Positions 10,660 to 20,177 are shown, numbered from the stretch's first letter. The stretch is 64,000 nucleotides of DNA from Alphaproteobacteria bacterium (GCA_964291415.2 OZ219920.1:384001-448000), one strand, 5' to 3'. The notes: a model not told the origin generated them from the sequence alone. Numbers and translations are program-made.

Positions 10660-11230
10660 CGAAGTGCAGGAACTCCGCGTTGTACAGAAGGCCGCCCCCG
10701 GCGGCGCGGTCGTCGGACAGCACGGCGGCGCGCATCTGATCGAACAGCATCCTCCGGAACCCCGCCGAACGTCTCGAAGGCGCTCTCCAGCGCCTCCATC
10801 AGCATCGCCATCGTCTGCCGCGGAAAGAAGCTCAGCCACAACAGACGGGAGTAGCCAGCACGACCACCAGGGCATGGCGCCGGCCCCAGGAAAGCGTGAA
10901 GGTTCCGAAGTCGACCTGGCCCTGCCGCACCACCGGCTCGACCGGCTCGCGGGGGCCGGGCACCCCGCACGTAGTTCCGCACGCTCTCGTAGCAGCCCGC
11001 ATAGCCCGCCGCGCGGACCTCGTCGAACAGCCGCCTCGCCGAAAGCTCGGGAAACGCCTCAAGACGCGCGTCGATGATCCCCTTGCAGGGATCCAGCTTG
11101 TGTGCCACCGGAGGTCGCGGCGAACTTCCGTCGGACCGGCCAACAGGTCCCGGTCCAACTGCTCCGTCTTCGAGACGCCTTGGTCGAGGTAGTGCTTCAG
11201 CAGCATCCTGGTCTCCCATCCGTGCCCCGC
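10660..11230 (-). mobile_element. istA: IS21-family istA transposase, frameshifted fragment
   Basis: Across frames: LKHYLDQGVSKTE, KLDPCKGIIDARL, GYAGCYESVR, QGQVDFG, GYSRLLW, AFETFGGVP. Confidence 0.8.
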
Positions 11231-11284
11231 ATCCAGCCCTGTTGGAAAGCCCACAGAGCGGGTCTTCCGGGGGACGGATCGCCC

Positions 11285-11410
11285 GCCGAACACCGACGAC
11301 GTTGGTGCGACGCTTGATCCCGGCATTGAGACGGTCGAGAGGATTCGCAGAGTCCGGTATCGGTTTCCGGGGCTTTCCTGCACGTTGCTCGATCGGCAAC
11401 TGCAGCATGT
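11285..11410 (-). mobile_element. IS256-family transposase fragment
   Basis: SANPLDRLNAGIKRRTNVVGV matches the IS256 motif (S/T)NxLERLNxEIKRRTxVVG. Confidence 0.65.
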
Positions 11411-11530
11411 TCAGCGCGTTTTCTGCAGTTTTGGACTGTAGCACGCTTCTTCCAGATATGCAGTTGGCGATTGCAGCAAAATACCGCGCAGGACTACAGT
11501 TATTTTATGGTGAATTTTATGGAACCATAG

Positions 11531-11559
11531 TTGACTGGCACCGAAACTTGAACCGTAAT
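11531..11559 (+). promoter_or_regulatory. Putative sigma70 promoter of the Cys-rich protein gene
   Basis: TTGACT-N17-CGTAAT; conserved as TTGACT-N17-CGAAAT upstream of the paralog at 20264-20236 (-). Confidence 0.6.
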
Positions 11560-11617
11560 CAGGAGAATTCGGCAATCGTCCTGCCACGCTGACCAGAACA
11601 CGGAGGCTCAGGGAACC

Positions 11618-11992
11618 ATGCGAATGCAGACAATGAAGTGGATGGCCGGCACGTTCGTGCTTGTCGGGATTCTCGCCCTTTCCAGTGCAAGTCATGCCTC
11701 CTGCACAGGGGACAACAGGGTCGACATACCGGACGCAAGTTGTCTTTCTGGAAGCCATAGCAACACTTGCTCGTTCAAAGTATTCGGCAAGTGCCTCAGT
11801 TATCAGTCCTCTTTCTGGGCGGAGGCAAAAATCACTTGCGTCCAGAATGGCGACAAGGTCGTCGCGAAAATCGATTTAAAGGATCGAATGGACGAAACGT
11901 GGCATCTGTACAACCACGACACAAATAAGGGTGGGGCAGATACCTATGCCAGGGGCGTCTATTGCTGCAGCGACCTCGGCAGGTGCAACTAA
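11618..11992 (+). CDS. Small secreted cysteine-rich protein (8 Cys), unknown function
   Basis: Sec signal peptide ending ASHA-S; mature ~97 aa with 8 Cys ending GVYCCSDLGRCN; GGAGG upstream; lower GC than flanks; a colinear paralog supports coding status. Confidence 0.85.
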   Translation: MRMQTMKWMAGTFVLVGILALSSASHASCTGDNRVDIPDASCLSGSHSNTCSFKVFGKCLSYQSSFWAEAKITCVQNGDKVVAKIDLKDRMDETWHLYNHDTNKGGADTYARGVYCCSDLGRCN

Positions 11993-12459
11993 CCACAACG
12001 CGTAGCAATGGCGGGCTGGAGTCTTGCGGCCTGGCGGACCAAGTGAAAGCCGAAGAGGATGCCCGCCGCCGCGGAGCGGAGCCGAAACGCAGGCAGGCTC
12101 GGTCGATCGCCGCTCACGATATGCTGGACACACGCAAGCCAGGGTCGTGCCGGCACCAGGATTGTAAGTCGCGAAGTCCGGCGGTTGGTGGTCCCGGGCG
12201 AACGTCAGGTTCGCAGGCGTAGTCCTTGCGCTTCCTCTGCGACGTCGGCGGCTTTGCGGCTGATATCTCCAGGAGCGGGGCTGCCTTCGGCAGACAACTC
12301 AAGGTGGGACGCGACAGCGCAGGCACGCAGCCGTCGCCCGCCGGGGCAGACGCGTCCCGCGACCGACGGCACCGGCTGAGGTTGCCGGGAAGCCGGGGCT
12401 TCGAAAGCGCGAGGATCGGGTGAGCACCAATGGACCGGCATTCATCCAGCGATCCGGGC

Positions 12460-14232
12460 ATGACGCACCAGGAGTCTTTCATCCATGAAAACATCCTGGA
12501 GAACCTGCTCGACGGTGTGATGTCCCTGGGTCTCGACGGCAACGTCAGGACCTTCAACCAGGCGGCCGCCCGCATGCTCGGGCTCGACCGCGACGAGGTG
12601 GTCGGACACACGCTGGTGGAGGTCTTCTTCGCGGTCGAGGGTTTCGAGGCATTCACCCAGGCGATACTCGATGCGGTCGTCGAGCGCAAACGGACGGAAC
12701 GCCGCGTGGTCGAGGTCGGCGGCGACAGCGGACGGCGCGCATTCTCGATGACGACGTCCTACCTGAGGTCTCCCGAGACCGGGGACCCGATCGGCGTGAT
12801 CGCCGTGTTCAGCGACATCACGGAAATGCAGGCGCTCCGCGAGGCCGAGGGCCGAATGGCAAGGGAGCTGGCCGAGCAGAACGCCGAGTTGAAGAACTCG
12901 TACCGGTTGGCGGAAGAAAGACGCGAGCGGCTGGACACGGTGCTGAAGAGGGTCCAGGCCGCGCGGGCTGTGGCGACGGTTCTGGTCATCGCGCTGTTCC
13001 TGGGTGCGGGGGTATGGAGCTGGGGCGGGCTGGAATCGCTCGGGACGCCACAGCCATCCGGCGCCGCAGCGCAGGACGGACAGGAACGTGTGGAAACGCT
13101 CCGCACGGTGACGCTGGCACCCGAAGAATTCACGTCGAAGACATCGCTCATCGGCCGTCTCGTCCCGTCGCGCGAGGTTGCGGTGACGAGCGCCACGGCC
13201 GGCCACATCGCCGAGATTGGCTTCACGTACGGCCAGCGGGTGTCGCAGGGCGAGGTGCTGTTGCGCCTCGACATGGACGAGACCCGGCTTCTGTACCTGG
13301 AAGCGCAGGTCGAGTACGAGAACGCGAAGAAAGCCATCGACGACCTCGACAGGTGGGAGACCGGCACGGAGGTCACCGCCGCGCTCCGGTCGTTGAGCAA
13401 GGCGCAGTTGGCCATGGAAGGCGTGGCCGCCGACTTGAAGCAATCGGCTTTCCTGCTGGACGAGGGTCTCATCCCTGCCTCGCAGCACGAGGACGCCAGG
13501 CGCCGTTACGAGAGCCAGCTGCTCGACCTGGAGGCGGCCCGGCAGAACCTCGACGCGGTGCGGGCCAAGGGCGGAGACGATGCCAGGCGGGTGGCGAACG
13601 TGAACCTCGAAAAGGCGCGCAGCCGCCTGAGCGCCGTAGAGGCCGCGCTCGCGCAGGACACCGTCGTGGCGCCCATCTCCGGCGTGGTCCAGATGCCGGC
13701 CACTCCCGAAGGGACGCTTGTTCGAGGCCTGAGTGTGGAAAAGGGCAACGCGCTGCTGACGATCGCGGACGTCGACCGTCTGGCCGTGTTGGCCCAGATC
13801 GACGAGGTCGAGGTGACGGCGATCCGCCCCGGCCAGCCGGTGACCGTGCAGGGCGACGCCTTTCCCGGCCTGGTGTTGCGCGGCGTGGTGAGTCACGTGT
13901 CCCAGCAACCTCGCGCCTCCAAACCGACCGAGGGCGTGCCGCTGTTCGACGTCACGGTGGGACTCGACGACCTCGGCGAGGCGCAGCGTCTGCAGCTGCG
14001 GATCGGGATGTCGGCGCATCTCCACATCGTCACCTACAGCAGTCCGTCGGCGCTGATGGTTCCGATCGAGGCCGTGGGCGAGAGTGACGGCACGTCGGTG
14101 ATTAGGGTTCTCGACGAGGCCACCGGCGAGGTGCGGCCGCGGGCCGTCGAGGTCGGCTTGACCACACTCGACAAGATCGAGGTGACGGGCGGGCTGAAGG
14201 CCGGCGAGACCGTGGTGCTGGACGGGGCCTGA
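12460..14232 (+). CDS. PAS-domain-fused efflux periplasmic adaptor (MacA/HlyD-type membrane fusion protein)
   Basis: N-terminal PAS (ILENLLDGVMSLGLDGNVRTFNQAAARMLG...VIAVFSDITE), coiled coil, TM helix, then adaptor motifs GQRVSQGEVLL, VVAPISGVV, IDEVEVTAIRPGQPV, LRIGMSA, GLKAGETVV. Confidence 0.9.
   Translation: MTHQESFIHENILENLLDGVMSLGLDGNVRTFNQAAARMLGLDRDEVVGHTLVEVFFAVEGFEAFTQAILDAVVERKRTERRVVEVGGDSGRRAFSMTTSYLRSPETGDPIGVIAVFSDITEMQALREAEGRMARELAEQNAELKNSYRLAEERRERLDTVLKRVQAARAVATVLVIALFLGAGVWSWGGLESLGTPQPSGAAAQDGQERVETLRTVTLAPEEFTSKTSLIGRLVPSREVAVTSATAGHIAEIGFTYGQRVSQGEVLLRLDMDETRLLYLEAQVEYENAKKAIDDLDRWETGTEVTAALRSLSKAQLAMEGVAADLKQSAFLLDEGLIPASQHEDARRRYESQLLDLEAARQNLDAVRAKGGDDARRVANVNLEKARSRLSAVEAALAQDTVVAPISGVVQMPATPEGTLVRGLSVEKGNALLTIADVDRLAVLAQIDEVEVTAIRPGQPVTVQGDAFPGLVLRGVVSHVSQQPRASKPTEGVPLFDVTVGLDDLGEAQRLQLRIGMSAHLHIVTYSSPSALMVPIEAVGESDGTSVIRVLDEATGEVRPRAVEVGLTTLDKIEVTGGLKAGETVVLDGA
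13172..13946 (+). repeat. Copy 1 of a 775-bp near-identical direct duplication (copy 2 at 24807-25581)
   Basis: Direct comparison; about 9 substitutions seen by eye, no indels. Confidence 0.95.
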
Positions 14233-14436
14233 CGTGAACACATGGGCGTTTCGGTGGCGGGGCATGTGCAAGGCCTCCATGCCCGGCGCCGTCGAGGATC
14301 CGGCGCGCCGCGGCATCGGCCCGGACGCGGCCGCGGCATACGCGCCGGTGACCGGGAATCCCCCGGGCCTCGGCAATTCCGCATCGGTGTGCGTCCCCGG
14401 GTTCCCTGGCCGGCTACGGCCGGCATTGTCTCTCTC

Positions 14437-15624
14437 ATGAGGATCAATGCATGGGAGGGACTGCGCAGCCTCTCCCGGGCGAAACTGCGATCGGCACTCG
14501 CGCTCACCGGGATCGTGATCGGCGTCGGCTCGGTCATCACGATGATCTCCGTAGGAGAGATCGCCCGAGAAACCTCCCGCGCCCGGTTTGAGGCGCTTGG
14601 AACCGACATCGTCACCATCGGCAATGTCGACGGCGCGAGCATCGCGCCGGGGCGGAGCATCGTTCTCGCCGACGCGCTGCTCCTCGCGGACTCCGTCCCG
14701 TCCATCCTTGAGGCGGCGCCCAGAATCGAGTTGCGCGGCAAGTTCCACTACGCCGGAAGAGAGCTGGACCGGGGCGCCGTTCACGGCGTGACAAGGTCCT
14801 TTGCGCGCCTCAACAAGCTGGAGCTGGCGCAAGGACGGTTCATCTCCCATCTCGATCGACACCGGCACTTCTGCACGGTGGGCGCAGGCGTCGCGGAGGC
14901 CATGCGCCGCGCCGGCGCTACGCGCGTCGTCGGCGAGACCGTTACCATGATGGGCCGATTGTTCACCGTGACCGGCGTGCTTCGCGAGGCGGCCGAGAAC
15001 TACGCGCTGCCGTTCCAGGTCAAGGCGAACAGCTCCGTGTTCATTCCTATTTCCACGGCGCGGCGGATCAGACCCGATATCGGCATCGACGCAATCGTCG
15101 CCCGCACGACTCCCGACATCCACTACGCGCTCGCGACGAGCGAGGTGCTGGAATGGTTCCGCACCCGGCAGGAGAAACTGGAAATCCACGTCACGAGCCC
15201 GACCCAACTCGTCGAGCAACAGGAAGCGCAGATGCGAATCATGACCCTGCTGCTCGCCGCGACCGGCAGTATCTCGCTCATCGTCGGCGGCATCGGGGTG
15301 ATGAACGTCATGCTGGTCTCGGTGACCGAGAGGCGGCAGGAGATCGGCATTCGCCGCGCTCTCGGCGCGCGCCGCCGCGACATCCAGAACCAGTTCCTGG
15401 TGGAGTCCGTGGTCCTGTCCGCGGCCGGCGGTGTTCTCGGAGTCCTGCTCGGTACGGCCGGCACCTGGACGATCTGCCGGTTCACGGAGTGGGACTTCTT
15501 CGTCTCCATGGGCGCGACGGGCAGCGGCCTTGCCGTGTCGTCGGCGATGGGGATAGCGTTCGGACTGCAACCGGCGAACCAGGCGGCGCGGGTCGATCCG
15601 ATCATGGCGCTCCAGGGGCGCTGA
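14437..15624 (+). CDS. MacB/FtsX-family ABC permease without fused ATPase
   Basis: RSALALTGIVIGVGSV, periplasmic core, SLIVGGIGVMNVMLVSVTERRQEIGIRRALGA, PANQAARVDPIMAL. Confidence 0.92.
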   Translation: MRINAWEGLRSLSRAKLRSALALTGIVIGVGSVITMISVGEIARETSRARFEALGTDIVTIGNVDGASIAPGRSIVLADALLLADSVPSILEAAPRIELRGKFHYAGRELDRGAVHGVTRSFARLNKLELAQGRFISHLDRHRHFCTVGAGVAEAMRRAGATRVVGETVTMMGRLFTVTGVLREAAENYALPFQVKANSSVFIPISTARRIRPDIGIDAIVARTTPDIHYALATSEVLEWFRTRQEKLEIHVTSPTQLVEQQEAQMRIMTLLLAATGSISLIVGGIGVMNVMLVSVTERRQEIGIRRALGARRRDIQNQFLVESVVLSAAGGVLGVLLGTAGTWTICRFTEWDFFVSMGATGSGLAVSSAMGIAFGLQPANQAARVDPIMALQGR

Positions 15625-15642
15625 ACCGGCTGCGCCGGGCGG

Positions 15643-18600
15643 CTACTGGCGGCGGATAGCTGCGCCGTCACCCTTGAAGAGCGACAACGCGAGGCGAAAG
15701 GCGTCACGCCCGATCTGCTCGCCGATCAGGCGCCCCGGAATGTCGTCGGCCGGTGGGTGGATGCCTCCCCAGATACGCGAAAGGCTGCATTGGTCGGCGG
15801 CGTCGCGATAGGTGGCCCATTGCAACTCCATGCCGACCGACGGGCCGCTCTCGAAGACGAGGAAGGTGTCCGCGGGAACCGGGAAGGCGCTCTTGCCTCC
15901 CGGAAAGAAGGGATCGCCGGTCAGCGCGGTCAGCACCTCGGCGGCGGCGCGCGAGAAGGTGGAATGACCGGATACGTATCCTGCGAAGGGTGGCGTCACG
16001 AAGGTCGGGCGCTGGTAGGGCCACCAGTCTTCGGCGCGAATCCAGCCCACGCCGGCCGTGCCGGCCGCTTGCCGGTCGACATGGCCGGGGCCGCGCCAGG
16101 CGAGCAGCTTGACCTTGCCGACATGCTCGCCGTTCTCGCCCGCAAGGAGGTCGCCGGAGCCGATGCGTTCGATAAGCCCCGCCGCCAGCGGGATGCCCCC
16201 TGACGGCTGTCCCGGTGTCTCGGAACCGTCGGACCGGCTGCGGTCGGCCAAGGCCCGGAGCGCCGAGACCGGCCGGATGTAGTCGTACCAGCCCTTGATT
16301 CCCCAGGCGGCAACCGCGGCATCGTGCATCGCCCCGCCCAGGACGAAGTACGCCTTCACGTCCCATTCGAGCCGGTCGAGCACCGGGCCCGTCCCACCGA
16401 GGCGCCTTGCGAGACGTTCATGGTCGCCGACCGCATTCAGGATGGTGAACCAGTGTCCGGGCGGGGTCTCGGAGTCGGGTCCGTCCGCCCAGTACTCGGC
16501 GAGCACCCGGGTATAGTCGCCGCGCGGCACCCACTGAGGCGCATAGGGTTTTCCCGTGGCCGGGTTGATGCGATAGCCGGGGCCCCATGGAACCGGGTCG
16601 TAGAAGTCGGGATAGTCCTCGAACCGGCGCGGCAGGGGGCCGAGATCGCCCATGCCCGAGGGCGCAATGTCGATCAGGACGCCGTCATCGGGCGAGAGAT
16701 GGGACGACCAGCGGGAGACGAGGACAAAGCCCCACTTGTAGTGTTCGGAGAGCGGGCCGTTGAAAGTCGGCGGCGGTCCGGGATCGTGATAAACGTGAAA
16801 TTCCGCGCCGTCGCGCCGGTAGACAGTCAAGTCATCTTCCGACAGGGCGAAGGGCGTGACTTGGCCCCACTCGGGCGACACGAATTGCGCCGCGCCGTCG
16901 AAGGCATGGCCTGACTGGTCGATGTAGCGCGGAAGATCGAGCGGCTGCCAGCGGTTCGGATCCTTGAGCGTGATGTTCCCCGGAATGGACGGCACCAGGG
17001 CCGGATTGACCGGTTCGTAGAACCGGGCCGCGTAGTCGTTGCTCTCGTTCGATCCGTCTTCGAGGCCACGGGCGATATAGAACTCGGCGAGGCAGCGCCC
17101 GAACGCCGCCGCCGGCCCAGCCGCCAAAGCCGGGTCGTGGCCGAGTGCGGACATGAGCGCGTCGGCATTCGCCATGGTCTGCGCTGCGCCCGGCGAGCGT
17201 CGGAAGCGGTGACGCAGGATCTGCAGCGCGGCATGGGACATCGCCTCCTCGCGCGCACGTCGGATATCGCTGTTCGGCGGCGGGCCGGGCCGGGCGCAGG
17301 GCGTGTGGCCGGCGCCGAAATGCCAGGGCTTCGCCTCGTCCGACCAGCCGGCCCAGGCGTCGTACATGGCCCCGGCGACATGGAAGAGGTTCCGCGCGTG
17401 CACGGTCGGGCGGGCCGTGTCGTCCCGGATGGCCTCCAGGAGCACTTCGATCCAGCGTTGCGCCACCGAGACGCTCGCATCGGCCAGGGGTGGGCCCGGC
17501 AGGTAGTGCGGGAACACGCGCGCCGAACCGTGCGGCATGGTGACGGTCGTCCTGGCGGCATTGACGTCGTCGAAGGAAATGCCGCCCTCACCCGTCCAGC
17601 GATGGAAGCTGTGGGTCCCGCGCACCGCCTCGGCTTCTATGGCGACCCGGGAGCCGGCGGCGTGAAGGCCGGTCCCGGCGCCTCCGACGACGGACAGCAG
17701 CTGGCCGGCGGGTTCCGGCTGCCGGACGGTCAGGCGGCGGTTGGCCTGCACGGTCTCGATCCGGGTGACCCGGTTTCCCGGGCCGGGCCAGTCGATCTCG
17801 ATCTCCCGGACTGCCGGATCCGGGCCCAGACCGAAATGCAGTGTCGTCGGGCCCTGTGACAGATAGTTGCCGCCGAGACGCACCTCCTGCACCTGCCGGC
17901 CCGAGTCCGTGTGCACCGTGACCCGGGCGCCAACGGCGAGCGGGTTCGCGTGCCGGCCCTCGAGATCAATGGCCAGCCAGTGATTGTCCGTCTCGAGACC
18001 GTTGCGATAGACCGTCGGCGCCGCGTTGTGATTGGCGATCAGAATGTCGACCCGGCCGTCGCCGTCATAGTCGGCGCAGACCGCGCCACGGCCCTGGCCC
18101 GTGTGGCGGATGCCCAGTTCGGACGCCAGCTCGGTGAAGGTGCCGTCGCCGTTCGCCATGAACAGCCGGGAGGGATCGTCGACGAATCCGGCGTACCTGT
18201 GGACATACTCTTCCGCCAGGCCGTAGTGGCCGGGCTCGGTCACGCCGTAGCCGTTGGTATGGAAGATGTCGACATGGCCGTCGCTGTCAAAATCGGCGAA
18301 ACAGGCTCCCCATCCCCAGCCGCCCTCCCGGACCCCGGCCGCGTCCGTCGCATCCTCGAACCGGCCGTCACCGCGATTTCGGTAGAGCCGGTTGCCCGTC
18401 GGCCCTTCTCCCGACCGGCCTTCCGGATCGTGAATGCTGGTCACGAACCAGTCCATGTCGCCGTCGCGGTCGAAGTCCGCGACCGCCGCTCCCATGCCGT
18501 TCTCGTCGGTGATGACCGCATCGCGGATGTCGACGAAGCGCCTGCCGCCTTCGTTGCGCAGGACCTGGCCGGTCCCGAAGTCGCCCGCCAGCAGGATGTC

Positions 18601-19383
18601 CGGGTAGCCGTCGCCGTTGATATCGCTGAAGGTCGGGGTAAAGGACACTTCGAGTGGCGTTGTCAGGCCCGGTTGTTGGACGGCGCGGATCGGCACGATA
18701 TCGGTGATGTCCTCGAATCGCCCCCGGCCGTCGTTGCGCCAGAGATAGTGGAAGGGCGCGTTGAGTCCATCCGAGAGCTTGCCCCATTGGGCAAAGAACA
18801 GGTCCAGATCGCCGTCGCGGTCGAAGTCGCCCGCGGTCATGGAGTAAAGATCGCTCTTGGCGGAGACCGACGGCAAGGGGTCGGGCATCTCCGCGAAGCG
18901 CCCGCTGCCGTCATTGCGGAACGCCTGCGCGCCGTGTCGGTGGATGGACAGGAAGTCCAGCGCGCCGTCGTCGTCGAGATCGACAAAATACCCGGCCCGG
19001 TCCGGCGCCGTCGGGTCGATACCGCCGTTGTCGAAGCGCGCCACGAACTGCCGGCCGTCCCAGGAGAACAGCCGGCCGGGCTCGTCTCCCCCGGTCGCAA
19101 CATAGAGTTCGGGCTTGCGGTCGCCGTCAATATCGACAAGGGCCAGTCCGCCGTCTACCAGCCGGGCGGCAGTCTCCCAGTCGTCGTAGGGTTCGACCGG
19201 ACGCACCACATAGGCCAGACCGACTGTCCCGGTAACGTCGACAAAACGGCCGCCCCGGTCCGCAGCGGCCGCGGACGGCGCCACGTCTGCCGGCGCATCA
19301 GCCATCGCCAGCATGACCACGAGGCAGGCAGACGCGACGAACGCGCGACACAGAGACTGCGGCACTTGAAGCGATGGTGTCAT
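15643..19383 (-). CDS. Secreted FG-GAP/ASPIC-UnbV plus vanadium-dependent haloperoxidase fusion protein
   Basis: Signal-like N-terminus; repeated DxDxDG FG-GAP loops; ASPIC/UnbV segment (GARVTV...GGNYLSQ...LHFGLG); vanadate motifs KGWYDYIRP, YVSGHSTFS, SRIWGGIH. Confidence 0.88.
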   Translation of the reverse strand: MTPSLQVPQSLCRAFVASACLVVMLAMADAPADVAPSAAAADRGGRFVDVTGTVGLAYVVRPVEPYDDWETAARLVDGGLALVDIDGDRKPELYVATGGDEPGRLFSWDGRQFVARFDNGGIDPTAPDRAGYFVDLDDDGALDFLSIHRHGAQAFRNDGSGRFAEMPDPLPSVSAKSDLYSMTAGDFDRDGDLDLFFAQWGKLSDGLNAPFHYLWRNDGRGRFEDITDIVPIRAVQQPGLTTPLEVSFTPTFSDINGDGYPDILLAGDFGTGQVLRNEGGRRFVDIRDAVITDENGMGAAVADFDRDGDMDWFVTSIHDPEGRSGEGPTGNRLYRNRGDGRFEDATDAAGVREGGWGWGACFADFDSDGHVDIFHTNGYGVTEPGHYGLAEEYVHRYAGFVDDPSRLFMANGDGTFTELASELGIRHTGQGRGAVCADYDGDGRVDILIANHNAAPTVYRNGLETDNHWLAIDLEGRHANPLAVGARVTVHTDSGRQVQEVRLGGNYLSQGPTTLHFGLGPDPAVREIEIDWPGPGNRVTRIETVQANRRLTVRQPEPAGQLLSVVGGAGTGLHAAGSRVAIEAEAVRGTHSFHRWTGEGGISFDDVNAARTTVTMPHGSARVFPHYLPGPPLADASVSVAQRWIEVLLEAIRDDTARPTVHARNLFHVAGAMYDAWAGWSDEAKPWHFGAGHTPCARPGPPPNSDIRRAREEAMSHAALQILRHRFRRSPGAAQTMANADALMSALGHDPALAAGPAAAFGRCLAEFYIARGLEDGSNESNDYAARFYEPVNPALVPSIPGNITLKDPNRWQPLDLPRYIDQSGHAFDGAAQFVSPEWGQVTPFALSEDDLTVYRRDGAEFHVYHDPGPPPTFNGPLSEHYKWGFVLVSRWSSHLSPDDGVLIDIAPSGMGDLGPLPRRFEDYPDFYDPVPWGPGYRINPATGKPYAPQWVPRGDYTRVLAEYWADGPDSETPPGHWFTILNAVGDHERLARRLGGTGPVLDRLEWDVKAYFVLGGAMHDAAVAAWGIKGWYDYIRPVSALRALADRSRSDGSETPGQPSGGIPLAAGLIERIGSGDLLAGENGEHVGKVKLLAWRGPGHVDRQAAGTAGVGWIRAEDWWPYQRPTFVTPPFAGYVSGHSTFSRAAAEVLTALTGDPFFPGGKSAFPVPADTFLVFESGPSVGMELQWATYRDAADQCSLSRIWGGIHPPADDIPGRLIGEQIGRDAFRLALSLFKGDGAAIRRQ

Positions 19384-19819
19384 GGAATGCCCGGCGCTGG
19401 CGGTATGCGGATGAACCGGCCATCGAAGCGTCGGTCCGGCATGAAGTCCATCGCCTGCGCCTCGTTCCGCACCACCACCTGGCGCGATACGGGCGATTCC
19501 GGCTGGCGACGGGACGACATTGGCGACAACTTCAATCAGTCCCTGTCTCCTGAACACACAATTGCGCTGACTTTGCTGAAGTGCATGGACAACGGTCGGC
19601 CACCATTCAGCATGCGGCGTTGCGACTCAGCGTTGTGACGTTCATGGTCGGCGCGCAGATGTGGTTGAACGCCGTCGTCGCGCCATTCAACAGCGTTCAA
19701 CCGACGGGAGCCTGGCCATTCCGGCGCGGTTCCATGGCAGCCGACGGCGCCGGGACCGTCTCCGGTTACCGCCCTCCCCGCCTGACCAGGACTGTCCATC
19801 CCGTCGATTCTGCGCGTCC

Positions 19820-20177
19820 GTTGCACCGGCCAAGCTCGTCGCATCAACAAACGCCCCTGACTCTCTTGAAAACCGAGCCCTTTCTCATGGCGTAGTCTTG
19901 CCGATGTCACGTCTTGTCGCTTTCGCCGACGATGTCGACTTTTGCGACCACGTTGTCCGCGAATTGGCTGTCCGCCTCGTACGCGGAAGAACAGGTGACG
20001 CCACTTCCGAACATTCTGCCGGTTCACTTGTTGCTCCAACTTCCATCCAGACAGCCTGCTTCACCGAGACCAAGTCCGTTGCTCCCTGTGCACGAGGCAC
20101 GGCCTGCACCGGTCATGGCCAGGACTCCAAAACAACGCGAGGGCGCCAACTGCTCATTTCATGGGTTGCGTTCGCAC
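19820..20177 (-). pseudogene. Decayed paralog of the Cys-rich secreted protein at 11618-11992
   Basis: Manual translation VRTQPMK*AVGALALF/GVLAMTGAGRASCTGSN...CLDGSWSNK*...DNVVAKVDIVGESDKT*H...RGVC*CDELGRCN is colinear with the 124-aa protein; 4 TGA stops and one +1 frameshift. Confidence 0.88.

Noticed and set aside
11536-11552. TGGCAC...TTG as a sigma54 promoter
   Set aside because: GG-N10-GC spacing is not met, and the paralog has TTGCAC; the sigma70 reading is conserved in both copies
12442-15570. 1042-aa minus-strand ORF and similar long antisense ORFs (e.g. 24665-27490, 51143-53470)
   Set aside because: Shadow frames of real high-GC genes; no recognisable motifs
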